From positions 12,152,001 through 12,216,000 of the forward strand of contig NC_043004.1 in the NCBI RefSeq assembly GCF_006345805.1: a stretch of 64,000 nucleotides of DNA, read 5' to 3'. The translations under genes were made by a program, and so were the position numbers. Below the pieces are notes generated by a model. That model did no database searches. It had not been told where the DNA came from and saw only the letters and a program-made list of their open reading frames with translations. Below, in pieces: positions 12,076 to 23,842 of this stretch (position 1 is its first letter; every line of letters starts with the position of its first letter). This DNA is from Octopus sinensis. Lineage: Eukaryota.

Positions 12076-13074
12076 ATTATTATTGTTGTTGTTTATTGTC
12101 AATGCCATCAACATCAAACTACAATCCTAATTTTCATTTTTGTTAGATACCAACTATTTCATTTCATTGTTTCTAGAGGAAAGGCAAAAAGGTCATCTTG
12201 ACACTTTCACAATAACAGAAAAAAAAAACTCTCCAAGTTTAATTACTATGTTAAAAATACTAATTGCTCTTTTTAATGAGTCTACCAATCTAACAAAGAA
12301 AATAGTTAAGTCAAAAGCTTAAACAAACACTAGCATCCAATTCAGTTGATAAGATTATACTAAGTTAGTAAAGTTTCACTTGATAACCTCAACACCACTA
12401 CCACTGCCACTACCACAACCATGTTTCCAGATAAAGATTGTGAGAATTCTAAAGAAACAATTAGTTAACTAATCAATGACTACTACAAAATTTCAGCTTG
12501 AAATGATTAAAGGAAAAATACCCTATTTTCCAGCATACGAGTCCATGTAGTATATAGTGTGAACATATAGCGTAACCATTCAAACACTGTTGATATATTT
12601 CCAGATCCTGTTGCATTTCATGGGGAACTTTTTGGTCCCCCAAAGTCTTCATGGTGTGTGAGTCTACCTACCTTTTTTTAGCAGTAAATTTTGGTCTGCA
12701 AAAATTCAGCTTGTATGCCAGGAAATACGGTAGGCATTTTACTGGATGATGTGGGTTCTTGTGGATTCAATCAACAGAACAACCTGCTCATGAAATTCAT
12801 GTGTAAGAGGCTGAGCAGTCAACAGACCACATGTGCCCTTAACATAGTTATCAGGGAGATTGAGCGTAACACAGAATATAACAGCACTGGCCCTTTGAAT
12901 TACAAGTACTACTCGTCTTTTAGTATCTGAATAAACTGGAGAAATGTGAAATAGAGAGTCTTGCTTAAGGACACAACATGTTAACAGGAATTGAACTCAT
13001 GACTTTACGACTGTAAGCTAAATACCCTTCATCACCGTCCACCTTATTGTCATCATTATCAACATTAAGGTTTC

Positions 13075-13470
13075 TGTCTGCCTTTATGTTCTCAGTTCAA
13101 ATGCTGCCAAGGTCGACTTTGCTTTTCATTCTTTTGGGGTTGATGAAGTAAGTACCATTTGCACACTGGGGTGAATGTAATAGACTTACTCCTGCCCCAA
13201 AATTGCTGGCCTTGTGTCAAAATTTGAAGTCATTGTTAATATCAAGGTGGTGAGCTAGTAGAATCATTAACGCATCAAACAAATTGCTTAATGGTATTTC
13301 TTCTGGCATTTTACATTCTGAGTTCAAATCTCACAGAGGCCAGCTTTGCCTTTCATCCTTTCAGGGTCCAAAAACTAAGTTACCAGTTGAGCACTAGGGT
13401 TGATATAATCTATAATACTAGCTCCCTCCCTCAAAATTTCAGGCCCTGTGCCTATAGTAGAAAGGATTTT
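13075..13470 (+). mobile_element. Two tandem family B SINEs
   Basis: Family B core at about 13110-13200 and 13340-13450. Confidence 0.7.
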
Positions 13471-13884
13471 TCTTATAATTTTTCTTTTTATCTCAGATTT
13501 TGTTGTAACTCTTGGAGTTTTGCATGCATAGTGGGCTTGCTGCCTGCAGCCTATGGTACCATGCTATCCGTTCTTTTCAACTATCTTATACTTTCCTGAT
13601 TATTCTGGCCATGCCAAAGAGGCAAACCTTTTGTAACAGTTCTACTGGGCAGTCTATTCTGATTTCCATTATATTCCTCTTGATGCCTTCTGATACGGTC
13701 CCCAAGGACACGACAATAATTGGCACTTATTATTATTAGTAGTAGTAGTATCATTACCTCTGCCCTTGCTAAGGCAGAGGTATTGTTTTCAGTAGCATTT
13801 GTTTGTTTCTTCTGCTGCTATTGTTGTTTTTGTTTTAGCAAACTAATTACTTTTCTTGAAAACTAATTAATATTAATATTAATA

Positions 13885-13912
13885 TTTTCCTTTTCTTTTC
13901 TTTCAGGTAAGT
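13885..13912 (+). other. Candidate recursive splice site (ratchet point)
   Basis: Pyrimidine tract 13885-13903, CAG 13904-13906, then GTAAGT 13907-13912; CTAAT branch-like motifs about 45-65 nt upstream. Confidence 0.45.
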
Positions 13913-14316
13913 TGCACCATTCCTGATTTCTTTCAAAGGGAAGTTAAAAAAAAAGTTTCCATGGTGATTTGTGTCAGTTTAACAAGATACAAAATCCTTT
14001 ATCACTAATCTACTTCAAAGTCTCAGGAAAGACCACAGTAAGTATAGCACTTATGTATTATAACAAGTGAAGAATGGAGTTGCTGGCATTACATTTATTC
14101 TGCAGTTTACAATCATTTCAGTAATACGTGGATGACAAGTCCCGTAACTTACAGGAAGACATGGATGACAATAATGATACTGATATGTTGAATATACAGC
14201 TCTGCCACATGACTTTTAGAGGCCCCTTGCAACATTTTGTTTCAAGGCCCCATCCCTTCATTCAAAATTCATAATCTACACACCTTTTTATTCATAGCTA
14301 TATTTTAATTTATTAA

Positions 14317-14529
14317 TAGTTATCGCCAAGCTAACATGGCAGTCCAGAAAAATAGTACGAATGCTGCCATTGATTAGCTCCAAGAGGCCATCGCCTCTAG
14401 CTAGCTATGTGACACATGAACCTGTGTCCATTATAACCTTCGAAAGGGGAGGTCAGCCGCTTCCCCTTGCTGGTCAGGCATCTGCAGACTAGTTTCAGGG
14501 TATTTGTCATGTTAGCTTGGTGATAACTA
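14317..14529. mobile_element. MITE with ~25-bp TIRs and TTAA flanks
   Basis: TAGTTATCGCCAAGCTAACATGGCA ... TGTCATGTTAGCTTGGTGATAACTA; TTAA at 14313-14316 and 14530-14533. Confidence 0.75.
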
Positions 14530-14589
14530 TTAATTTCCAGTACCGCTGCCGTAATCTCCTTTAGAGAGACTTAGAAATATTAATATTTC

Positions 14590-14782
14590 TGTGCGGGTGG
14601 CACGTAAAAAGCACCCACTACACTCACGGAGTGGTTGGCATTAGGAATGGCATCCAGCCGTAGAAACACTGCCAGATCTGACTGGGCCTGATGAAGCCTT
14701 CCAGCTTCACAGACCCCGGTTGAATCGTCCAACCCATGCTTGCATGGAAAATAGTGATGATGATGATGATGATGATGATGAG
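14590..14782 (+). mobile_element. Family C element with (GAT)n tail
   Basis: GGCACGTAAAAAGCACCCACTACAC...CCAACCCATGC...(GAT)n. Confidence 0.75.
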
Positions 14783-15019
14783 GATATATTTTAATTTCTT
14801 CTATATCAATGAAGTTCGATATTTCACATTATCCCAAAGAACATCTTCAAAAGTACAAGTTGAATTTATTTAGGTCTATTACAAATTTCAGTAAGTAAAA
14901 CTTCCAGACATGAATACGTAACACTTTTAAAATCCAGGCAACTTTCAAAGACGAACATGGTGCACTCTTCGCTTTGCAATATCATTATTTAGTTAGTATA
15001 ATCAAGCTGAGAGCCGAGT

Positions 15020-15380
15020 TCATGTTCGATACATATCATAGACACCTTGGGTAAGTGTCTTCTACTATAGCCCTGGGCCGAGCAAAAGCCTTGTGAATGG
15101 ATTTGGTGGACGGAAACTGAAAGAAGCCCGTCATATACATGAGTATATATGTGTGCATGTGTATATGTTTGTGTGTTTGTGTTTGTCCCCCCCACTCCCC
15201 CAACTTTGCTTGACAACCGATGCTGGTGTGTTTATGTACCTGTAATTTAGCAGTTCGGCAAAAGAGACCAATAGAACAAGTACTAGACTTACAAAGAATA
15301 AGTCCCAGGGCTGATTTGCTCAACTAAAGGCAGTGCTCCAGCATGGTCGCAGTCAAATGACTGAAACCAGTAAAAGAGTA
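15020..15380 (+). mobile_element. Family A SINE (5'-damaged)
   Basis: Family A body and tail; tail stem-loop at 15350-15363. Confidence 0.8.
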
Positions 15381-15501
15381 TATACATACATACATATATA
15401 TATAAAATTGAATAAGGGTAGAAATTAATATTAATCAATTAAAACCAGTGGCCTACCATCAGATTTTTTTACATATATATATATATATGTATGTATATAT
15501 A

Positions 15502-15539
<38 letters not shown>

Positions 15540-16369
15540 TTTCCTCTTACATTTCCATGTGTAGTCTCTATTTTCTTTTTGTAGCATATTTCTATTATAT
15601 ATGTGTGTGTGTGTATATATAAATATGCTCAAACACACACAGTCTGCCCCAAAATTATATACATACTTCAGGAAATGAAAAATTTTTAAGAGTATCTCCA
15701 TAAATATAAATACCTCTTTCAGTGTTTCATCAAATTGGAATAACACTGAATAAATTGCAATAATACTGAATTTAAATATTTATACAGATTTTTTTCTTTC
15801 CTGAAGTGTGTTTACATTTTTTTTTTTTTTTTTTTGGCAGATTCTGTACATACATAGTATATATATTCTGCCACCTTAAACCTTTTGTTACCAAACCATT
15901 TGAGACTGCCACTAGTTCTGTAGCATAAAGTTCATGTTTTAAATTCATCTAAATTAAAAATCTTTCATGAAAATTCACATTATGTTCCAAGTACCAGCTT
16001 ATTAATGTCAAAGTTATTTTACCGAAGTCTTCATGATTTTTTCAATATTCAATTGAAATGAATAAAAGCAGCGTATTTCAATTGAAATACAGCAACAAAG
16101 GGTTAGGAAAACACAGATGTGTGACATATTGGACATTGAAGCCATAAATATACAGCACACGAGAGCAAGACTAGATCGAAATGATGAAAACGCTTTCAGT
16201 TATAGGTCAATACGGGCTTGAACAACAAGCAACAACCATTACGACAATCATCACGTCAAGAGATAGACCAGAATATTCTTCGCCTGGAGCTGAAGATTCG
16301 TTTAATACAAACTACACAATAAACATCTACATTTTAGTTAGTGTTTTAGTAAGTGAAAGATATGTTAGT

Positions 16370-16503
16370 TATAAATATATATATATATATATATGTATGT
16401 ATATATATATGTATGTATATATATATGTATGTATATATATATGTATGTATATATATATGTGTGTATGTATATATATATGTATTATATATATGTGTGTATG
16501 TAT

Positions 16504-16555
<52 letters not shown>

Positions 16556-16619
16556 GTAATCTATATATATGTATGTATATATATATGTATATATATATAT
16601 GTATATATATGTATGTATA

Positions 16620-16670
<51 letters not shown>

Positions 16671-16831
16671 GTGTATATATATATATGTGTGTATATATAT
16701 ATATGTGTATATATATATATGTGTGTATATATATATGTGTATATATATGTATGTATATATATGTGTATATATGTATGTATATATATGTATATATATATAT
16801 GTATATATATGTATATATATATATGTGTGTG

Positions 16832-16889
<58 letters not shown>

Positions 16890-16910
16890 ATATATATATG
16901 CATATATATG
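16370..16910. repeat. Long (TA)n/(TATG)n microsatellite
   Basis: Direct inspection; source of the spurious YI-repeat ORFs. Confidence 0.95.
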
Positions 16911-17269
16911 TGTTTGTGTGTTGGATTTGTAGGTATTAAAAAGTGTTATAAGCTAGTTAACAAAAGAGGGTAATAAAAGTAGATTAGAAATAGACAAATA
17001 AATGTTTTTAAAACCCAACAAGTTGGACAGTATCCTGGGGGTGCATTTTCACATGAGAAAGTTAGTTAGAGAATCAGGATATGATCAAGTGAGAAATAAA
17101 AGATGTGTTTGTTTGCATGTGTAACTCTGTGTGTGTGTGTGTTTACGCATGTATAAATGTCTGTATTATGTTTGTATATATGTGTATATACAGCATGCAT
17201 GTCTGCATGTGTGTGGGTATATATATATATATATATATATGCATGTATCTGTATATGTATATGCATGTA

Positions 17270-17795
17270 CTCTTTTACTCTTTTACTTGTTTCAGTCATT
17301 TGACTGTGGCCATGCTGGAGCACCGCCCTTTGTCGAGGAAATTGACCCAAGGACTTATTCTTTGAATGCCTAGTACTTATTCTATCAGTCTCTTTTGCCG
17401 AACTGCTAAGTCATGAGGATGTAAAAGCACCAGCATCGGTTGTCAAGCGATGTTGGGAGAGACAAACACAGACACGCAAACACACACACACACGGTTATA
17501 GGTCAATTAAAGCCTTGTGAGTGGATTTGGTAGATGGGAACTGAAAGAAGCCCATTGTATATTTATATATAGGTGTGTGTATGTGTGTGTGTGTGTGTCT
17601 GTGTTTGTCACCCCATCTTTGCTTCACAACCGATTTTGGTGTGTTTAAGTTCCTGTAACTTAGTCGTTTGGCAATAAGTACGATGGAATAAGTACTTGGC
17701 TTACAAAGGATAAGTCCTGGGATTGATTTATTTGACTAAAGGCAGTGCTGCAGCATGGCTGCTGTCACATGACTGAAACAAATAAAAGAATTAAA

Positions 17796-17800
<5 letters not shown>
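17270..17800. mobile_element. Inverted pair of family A SINE segments (17270-17480 minus; 17505-17800 plus)
   Basis: Both carry the family A 3' half, in opposite orientation. Confidence 0.8.
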
Positions 17801-17829
<29 letters not shown>

Positions 17830-17832
<3 letters not shown>

Positions 17833-17978
17833 CGACCTTTCTGAAGGCCTCCACGATGGTGGAGTTAGAATTTTAGGAGGGCGATTGGGACCACGTGGAT
17901 GAGGAAGGCACGATCATGAGAGGAGTGGACAGCGTTCTGTGACCAGCAGTGTCAAATGGACTGATCAGTCAAGGTGAT
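17830..17978 (+). mobile_element. Retroelement 3' fragment in (TA)n sharing the family E tail
   Basis: Ends TGTGACCAGC...CTGAT...GTCAAGGTGAT like family E; (TA)n on both sides. Confidence 0.5.
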
Positions 17979-18281
17979 ATATATATATATATATATATAT
18001 ATGTAAAAGCACCCATTACACTCTTAGAGTGGTTGGCGTTAGGAATTGCATCCAGTCTTAGAAACCATGCTAAATAAGACTGGAGTATGATGCAGCCTCT
18101 CAGCTTACCAGCACTGATCAAACCATCCAACCCATGTCAGTATGAACACTAGACAGGTGATGATGATGATATTTAGGTATATGTTAATATATGTATGTTT
18201 AATGCGTATATATGTATTTGTGTATGCATATATTACACAAAGAAATATATATGTGTGTGTATATATATATATGTGTGTGTG

Positions 18282-18337
<56 letters not shown>

Positions 18338-18344
18338 TTCACAA

Positions 18345-18520
18345 AAAAAACGAAAGATGAAGACAGGTGGTGTACAAAACAAACAGATGTATTAGTATAA
18401 TGCTCAGGAATAGAAAAAGTCTTTTACGTTTCGAGCCTACCCTCTTCTACAGAAAGGGACACAGAAAAAAAACAAGGAGAGAAAAAAATGTGTGTGGTGG
18501 CTACCGATCTATCATGGCGA
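18345..18520 (-). mobile_element. Non-autonomous Penelope-like element (related copy 33785-33930)
   Basis: Shared AAGACAGGTG...AAACAG(A/G)TGTATTAG...ATGCTCAG body; hammerhead-like motif. Confidence 0.6.
18421..18456 (-). ncRNA. Minimal type-I hammerhead fold with U at core position 6
   Basis: CUUU CUGUAGA A GAG GGUAGG CUC GAAAC GU A AAAG: stem I CUUU/AAAG, stem II GAG/CUC, palindromic stem III ACGU, GUA triplet. Confidence 0.6.
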
Positions 18521-18609
18521 CTGATAGCTATATATAATATATATATATATAATGATATATACCCTCGCACATGTATATATATATGTAGATATATATATAT
18601 ATACACTTG

Positions 18610-18642
<33 letters not shown>

Positions 18643-19033
18643 GTACTTTAACATGTTTATAAATGTATGCAAGTGTGTATGTGTGCTTGCATGCACGTGT
18701 GTGTATGTGCATGTGTGTAGCTTATGTATAATAAACATATATATATATACACGAATGTATTAGCCACACACACACACACACACACACACGCTCACATATG
18801 TGTAAGTGTACACATAAGCCACATTTTTCCAGAACAGATTTCAACTGAGAAATCATGATCTGTACCGAAATACATTCCTCCCTATAGCTCAGAAATCCTA
18901 CAAAACCGATTACAACCACGAAGAAGGTTATAATATTCATTTAATCATGGCCTTTGTCTGCAAAATTGCCTATGTTTACTATAATGGGCTTTCTGTCTCA
19001 TGAATCTTTAATTATATCCACATCTATTCAGAG

Positions 19034-19103
19034 AGGCGGGGCGGGGTTGACACTGCAGAGAAAACTGTGAGGCTTTTAGTGAATTGGCTCTGTGCGTGAC
19101 GCA
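19034..19103. promoter_or_regulatory. Candidate promoter-like motif cluster (GC box, CCAAT, CRE-like)
   Basis: GGGGCGGGG 19038-19046, ATTGG 19083-19087, TGCGTGACGCA 19093-19103 in otherwise CpG-poor unique DNA. Confidence 0.3.
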
Positions 19104-19469
19104 TTTTGATTTTGAGCTAAAGTTCTATTTCGTTGCAATTATACTACCTATAGTTCGAGATATTATAGCGATATATATATAGATATATATATACATAGAT
19201 ATATACATAGATATACATACATATCTATCTATTTATCTATATGTCTGTCTGTCTATCTATCTCTTTGTCTGTTTGTATGTATGTACATATGTATGTATGT
19301 ACTTATGTATACATACACCTATATGCATGTGTGTGCATATATATATATACATAAATACATATATTCATAAAAGGTGGTATATATATATATATATACACAC
19401 ACACACATACGTATGTGTTTATATATGTGTGTGTTTGTGTATATACACATATATTCATGTGTGTATGTG

Positions 19470-19538
<69 letters not shown>

Positions 19539-20529
19539 TTGCTGACACACACATTTTTCTGTAACTGTTGCAGAGTGCTCAATACTTGAAAAGGAATCTA
19601 AAATAATCTAATCTGACATACATGCAAAGCAATATTTGCAAAATGCACAAGGAAGTATGAAAATTGATATCGTAACAAAATGTTTGTAAAGGTGTGTGTG
19701 TGTATGTGAGTGTGTATGTGGGGGTATGTGTGTGTGCGCACACGCATGTGATTGTTGTTGTCCTGACATTAGACCATGGTTATAAATAAGCCTTACCGTA
19801 ATGCAAGTGATATTGGCTTCCAGTCTTTCATGAGGCAAAAATGTCTGGCCAGGGAGAACTATTAGCTTGCTTGGAAACTGTTGAGAGTTGGTGACGGGAA
19901 AGGCATCCACCCATAAATACTCTGCCTCAACAAATTCCATCGGACCCAAGCAAGCATGGAAAACTGGACATTAAGTGATGATGGAGAAGAGAAAGCTCTA
20001 GTGTTGGTTAATGAATGATTTGTCAACTATTTTTGTGAGTGATAATAATGATTTCAAAATATTTTTGTACAGGATCAGTAGGTTTTGACATGAGAACAAA
20101 GTCAATTACAGCAGTCCCAGTATTTAACCGGTACTTATTTTATCGACTCCGAAAAAAACGAAAGGCAAAACCAGCCTTGGCAGGATTTAAACTCCTACTG
20201 ATGAAATGCCTCTAAGTTTTTTGTCCAACATGTAAGCAGTTTCTGCCAGCTTGCTGCTTTTTTGTGAGCGTTAATAATGATAGGAGTGGCTGTGTGGTAA
20301 GTAGCTTGCTTACCAACCACATGGTTCCAGGTTCAGTCCCACTGCGTGGCACCTTGGGCAAGTGTCTTCTACTATAGCCTCAGGCTGACCAAAGCCTTGT
20401 GAGTGGATTTGGTAGACGGAAACTGAATGAAGCTTGTCATATATATATATGTGTGTGTGTGTTTGTGTTTGTGTGTGTGCATGTGTGTAACCAAATTTAC
20501 GAAACCTTGATACTATGATGCTTTGTTTA

Positions 20530-20755
20530 CCTTTTAGCATTCATATTGTTCTCGCAAATATAATGTTTATTTATTCACGTTGTTTCGAATTTAATTATGC
20601 ATCATTATGTAGCTTTGAGATTTCGATGATGTCATTGCTTAATTTTACAATGATATTGTAGGGTAGGTGTGAGAGGTTGGATCTGGTCAGTTTGATTGTT
20701 AAGCAACCAAGGTAGAATATTTGGCCAAGGTTCTGCTGATTTACATGGTAAAGGG
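20530..20755. mobile_element. piggyBac-like MITE (second copy 22931-23151)
   Basis: CCTTTTAGCAT ... ATGGTAAAGGG followed by TTAA; interior homologous to 22931-23151. Confidence 0.65.
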
Positions 20756-20839
20756 TTAAAAATCTATTGTTATTTAGTGGGGTATTACCTTAACGACTTG
20801 TGTTTTATGTTGTATTGGCTTGAAGAGGAAATTTTTCAG

Positions 20840-21225
20840 GAAGAAACACACACACACACACACACACACTCTCACACACACACGCAAACTCTTTACACAC
20901 TCACATGCATACACTCACATACACACACACACTCTCACACACACACTTATACACACATACACACACAAACCCCTTACACACACACAAACCCCTCACTCAC
21001 ACACACAGATTCACTCATGCACACATACAAACTCCTCACTCACACACTCTCACACACACACGCAAACTCTTTACACACTCACATGCATACACTCACATAC
21101 ACACTCTCATACACACTCACACACACACATGCACACAAACTCTTCACTCACATACACTCCCTCTGATACACACATACACACTTCACACGCATGCATGCAT
21201 GCACGCACACACACACACACACACA
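20840..21225. repeat. Degenerate (CA)n-rich array with an internal ~45-bp block repeated at about 178-bp spacing
   Basis: ACACGCAAACTCTTTACACACTCACATGCATACACTCACATACAC at about 20880 and 21058. Confidence 0.85.
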
Positions 21226-21871
21226 AGGCAACCAGCTGTAAAAGGACCTCCTGCAAGGAGATTATACAAAATACATGAATTTGGAGGGTTTATTTTCTTC
21301 TTTTTTTTTCGTGTGTATGTGTGTGTTTTTCCTTTATAATTTTTATTTTATTTTATTTTTAATGTTTTGGTTAATTCATTAGCAGAAAACTAAGTGAATT
21401 AGTTTAGCAGCTTTAATCAGCCATGCATGAAATCATCTGAGAATGGAGGAAATGAATAGTTAATTGGACAATAGTAAAAACCAATCAAAGATGATAAATA
21501 GTGTATATATACACCTATTGGCTGATACTTGTGAACAGAATAGCAGAATGTTGTATTCTATAATTCCTATCTCCCTCTAAGCATTTACCAGTAATCACAC
21601 ACATACATACATGTGTGTCTAGGTACATAGCTCATATGATAATTTGGTGAGATTTTCTTACATTTTCATACTGGGCAAGATTCTTGAAAGAGACAAACAG
21701 ACAGACGCTATTTTAGTTTTATAAAGAAACAAAAATTGAAGAAAAACAAAATCAAGGTGTAATTTGCAATTAAACAACTTCTTAGATAATTTACTTTATT
21801 TCTTTCTAACTTAAAGTACATGCTATCCAGCTCTTTCAAAATATGTGGCAGAACCAGAGTAAATTACATAG

Positions 21872-22279
21872 GCGTAGGAGTGGCTGTGTGGTAAGTAGAT
21901 TGCTTACAAACCACATGGTTCCGGGTTCAGTCCCACTGCGTGGCACCTTGGGCAAGTGTCTTCAACTATAACCTCAGGCCGACCAAAGCCTTGTGAGTGG
22001 ATTTGGTAGATGGAAACTGAAAGAAGCCTGTCGTATATATGTATATATATATGTGTGTCTGTGTCTGTGTTAGTCCCCCTGTTTGTTTTCACATCGCTTG
22101 ACAACCGATGCTGGTGTGTTACGTCCCCATAACTTAGTGGTTCGGTAAAAGAGACCAGTAGAATAAGTACTAAGCTTACAAAGAATAAGTCCTGGGGTTG
22201 ATTTGCTCGACTAAAGGTGGTGCTCCAGCATCGCCACAGTCAAATGAATGAAACAAGTAAAAGCGAGTAAAAGAGAGAG
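21872..22279 (+). mobile_element. Full-length family A SINE
   Basis: Complete head, body and (AGTAAAAG)-type tail. Confidence 0.85.
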
Positions 22280-22930
22280 TAGGCGTATTTTCAATTTCAA
22301 TTTCAAAATCTCTATCGTATAATTTTGTTGTATTTTGGGATGGTCATTATGTTAATAATAAGCTCACGCACTGGTTCTATCTCACTTCTGTTCTTATTTG
22401 TCTCCTTTCCTAGCTTGATTTACACATTCGCCAACACAACCTCATTTAGGCTTAGCAACCCTTCCTGTTTGTTTTCACTGTCTTGTTTGTGTTACCTATT
22501 TTGACCCTCTGCAAAATCCCAAATTTTATTTAATTTGCTTTGCAGGAGCAATTGTTTGATCAAAAGCATATATTGTTATTAAATGCTCAAAATACAAGAC
22601 TAGAAAAACAGCCAACAACTGATGAAGGGTCGTTCTTTATGTTGTTTGTTTTGTTTTCCATTTGTGTATTTCGTTGTTCGAAAGAATAGTTCATATTCCA
22701 TGAACTCATGCTTCGTACTTTTTTGTTGTATACATTTCATGACGTCCTGTGCCCATACATATATACATATACATGTAAGTATGTACATATACATATGTAT
22801 ATATGCATATATATATATGTCAGTCGTTTAAATTGGTTTGTCAAAGTCCTTTCATTGACATTTGCAACCTCGTCACTGATATGTCCTCTCTACTCCAGGT
22901 CTGCTTCTGGTCTGTCTGTCTCCTAGTTTA

Positions 22931-23151
22931 CTCCTATAGCATTCAAATTGCTCTATAAAATCTAATGCTTATCAATTCACATTATTTTGAATTCATCATG
23001 CATTATCATGTAGCTATGAGATTTTGATGATGTTATTATTTTTGTTCAAAATTACATTGTAGGATAGGTATAAGAGGTTGGATTTGTTGTTTTGAACGCA
23101 GAACATGTAGAATATTTGGGCCAGATATTGGCCTGTTTAAATGCTAAATTG
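22931..23151. mobile_element. Older copy of the piggyBac-like MITE
   Basis: Colinear with 20530-20755; termini decayed. Confidence 0.55.
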
Positions 23152-23224
23152 TTACAGGTTCTATCACAAAATGCTTTTCCTTAATTCACAATACTTCTTG
23201 GTTGCTATCCCTTTTCTGAAACCT

Positions 23225-23640
23225 TGCTATCTTCCTTCCTTTGGGCCTCTACCATCCTAGTCTATCAGATACTCTGCTTTCCACAGTTGTGAAATGTAAT
23301 ATGGTGTTTTCACTGATCTGGAAAGTTCTTCTCCAAGATGGTCTTCCACAAGGTTCTGGAGTTTTGCAAGTCTTGGCATATCACCAGTATTACATAGTTA
23401 TTGTACAGGCTTCTTATTCCTCAGCCAAACCATTTAATTTTCCTTTTGTTTACCTTCCTAATGGTGCATGTCATGTAAAGAGATTGTCTTATGGAACTAT
23501 TTTTATGCTTCATAATGATGCTAATTCTATAGACCACAAGCACTGTATCTTAAAATCATCTACCTTCCATGTCTTCAGATCTTGGGGTCCCTGTCTCAAT
23601 GGCAAAATTTCCAGCATGAGGAATAAGTGCATTTTACATT
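23225..23640 (-). mobile_element. Highly degenerate RTE-clade LINE 3' fragment
   Basis: Minus-strand pieces FKIQCLWSI and NKRKIKWFG, with stops and frameshifts, echo the RTE FEMKCLRSI and KRKLKWFGH motifs. Confidence 0.5.
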
Positions 23641-23842
23641 AAACTTTTAGTCCCTTCTATCTGCAATAGAAAAATAATATATTAATAAAATCAGTAGAGT
23701 GCCAGACAACACGCCTTGCATCATCATCATTTTAATGCCTACTTTTCCTTGCCTGTATGGGTCAGAGGAGAGCATGCTGGGGCAGAGTTCCCTGTAGCCA
23801 GATGCTCTTCCTGCTATCAACCTCCACTTGTTTTCAAGCACG

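Noticed and set aside
12672-12695. 24-nt minus-strand microexon candidate (TTTTTGCAG ... AAG|GTAGGT)
   Set aside because: Adjoins a plus-strand candidate and has no independent support; shows the noise level of such calls.
13839-13906. Coding exon ending at CAG|GTAAGT
   Set aside because: Stops in all three frames; the sequence is a pyrimidine tract, so the recursive-site reading is preferred.
16181-16939. 252-aa ORF and similar YI/CV/HT-repeat ORFs (35958-36521, 39607-40296, 47559-47940 and others)
   Set aside because: Translations of (TA)n/(TG)n/(CA)n tracts, which lack stops in most frames.
22615-22690. CUGAUGA suggesting a hammerhead (also CUGAAGA at 16290 and about 53709)
   Set aside because: No correctly placed stem II, GAAA and stem I could be built.
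22546-22700. Exon-like EQLFDQKHILLLNAQNTRLEKQPTTDE after a strong acceptor
   Set aside because: Runs into a multicopy repeat (related to 24515-24760) and has no credible donor.
23241-23642. GLPQGS motif suggesting a plus-strand RT domain
   Set aside because: No YADD or other RT motifs; the region is better explained as a minus-strand RTE C-terminal relic.
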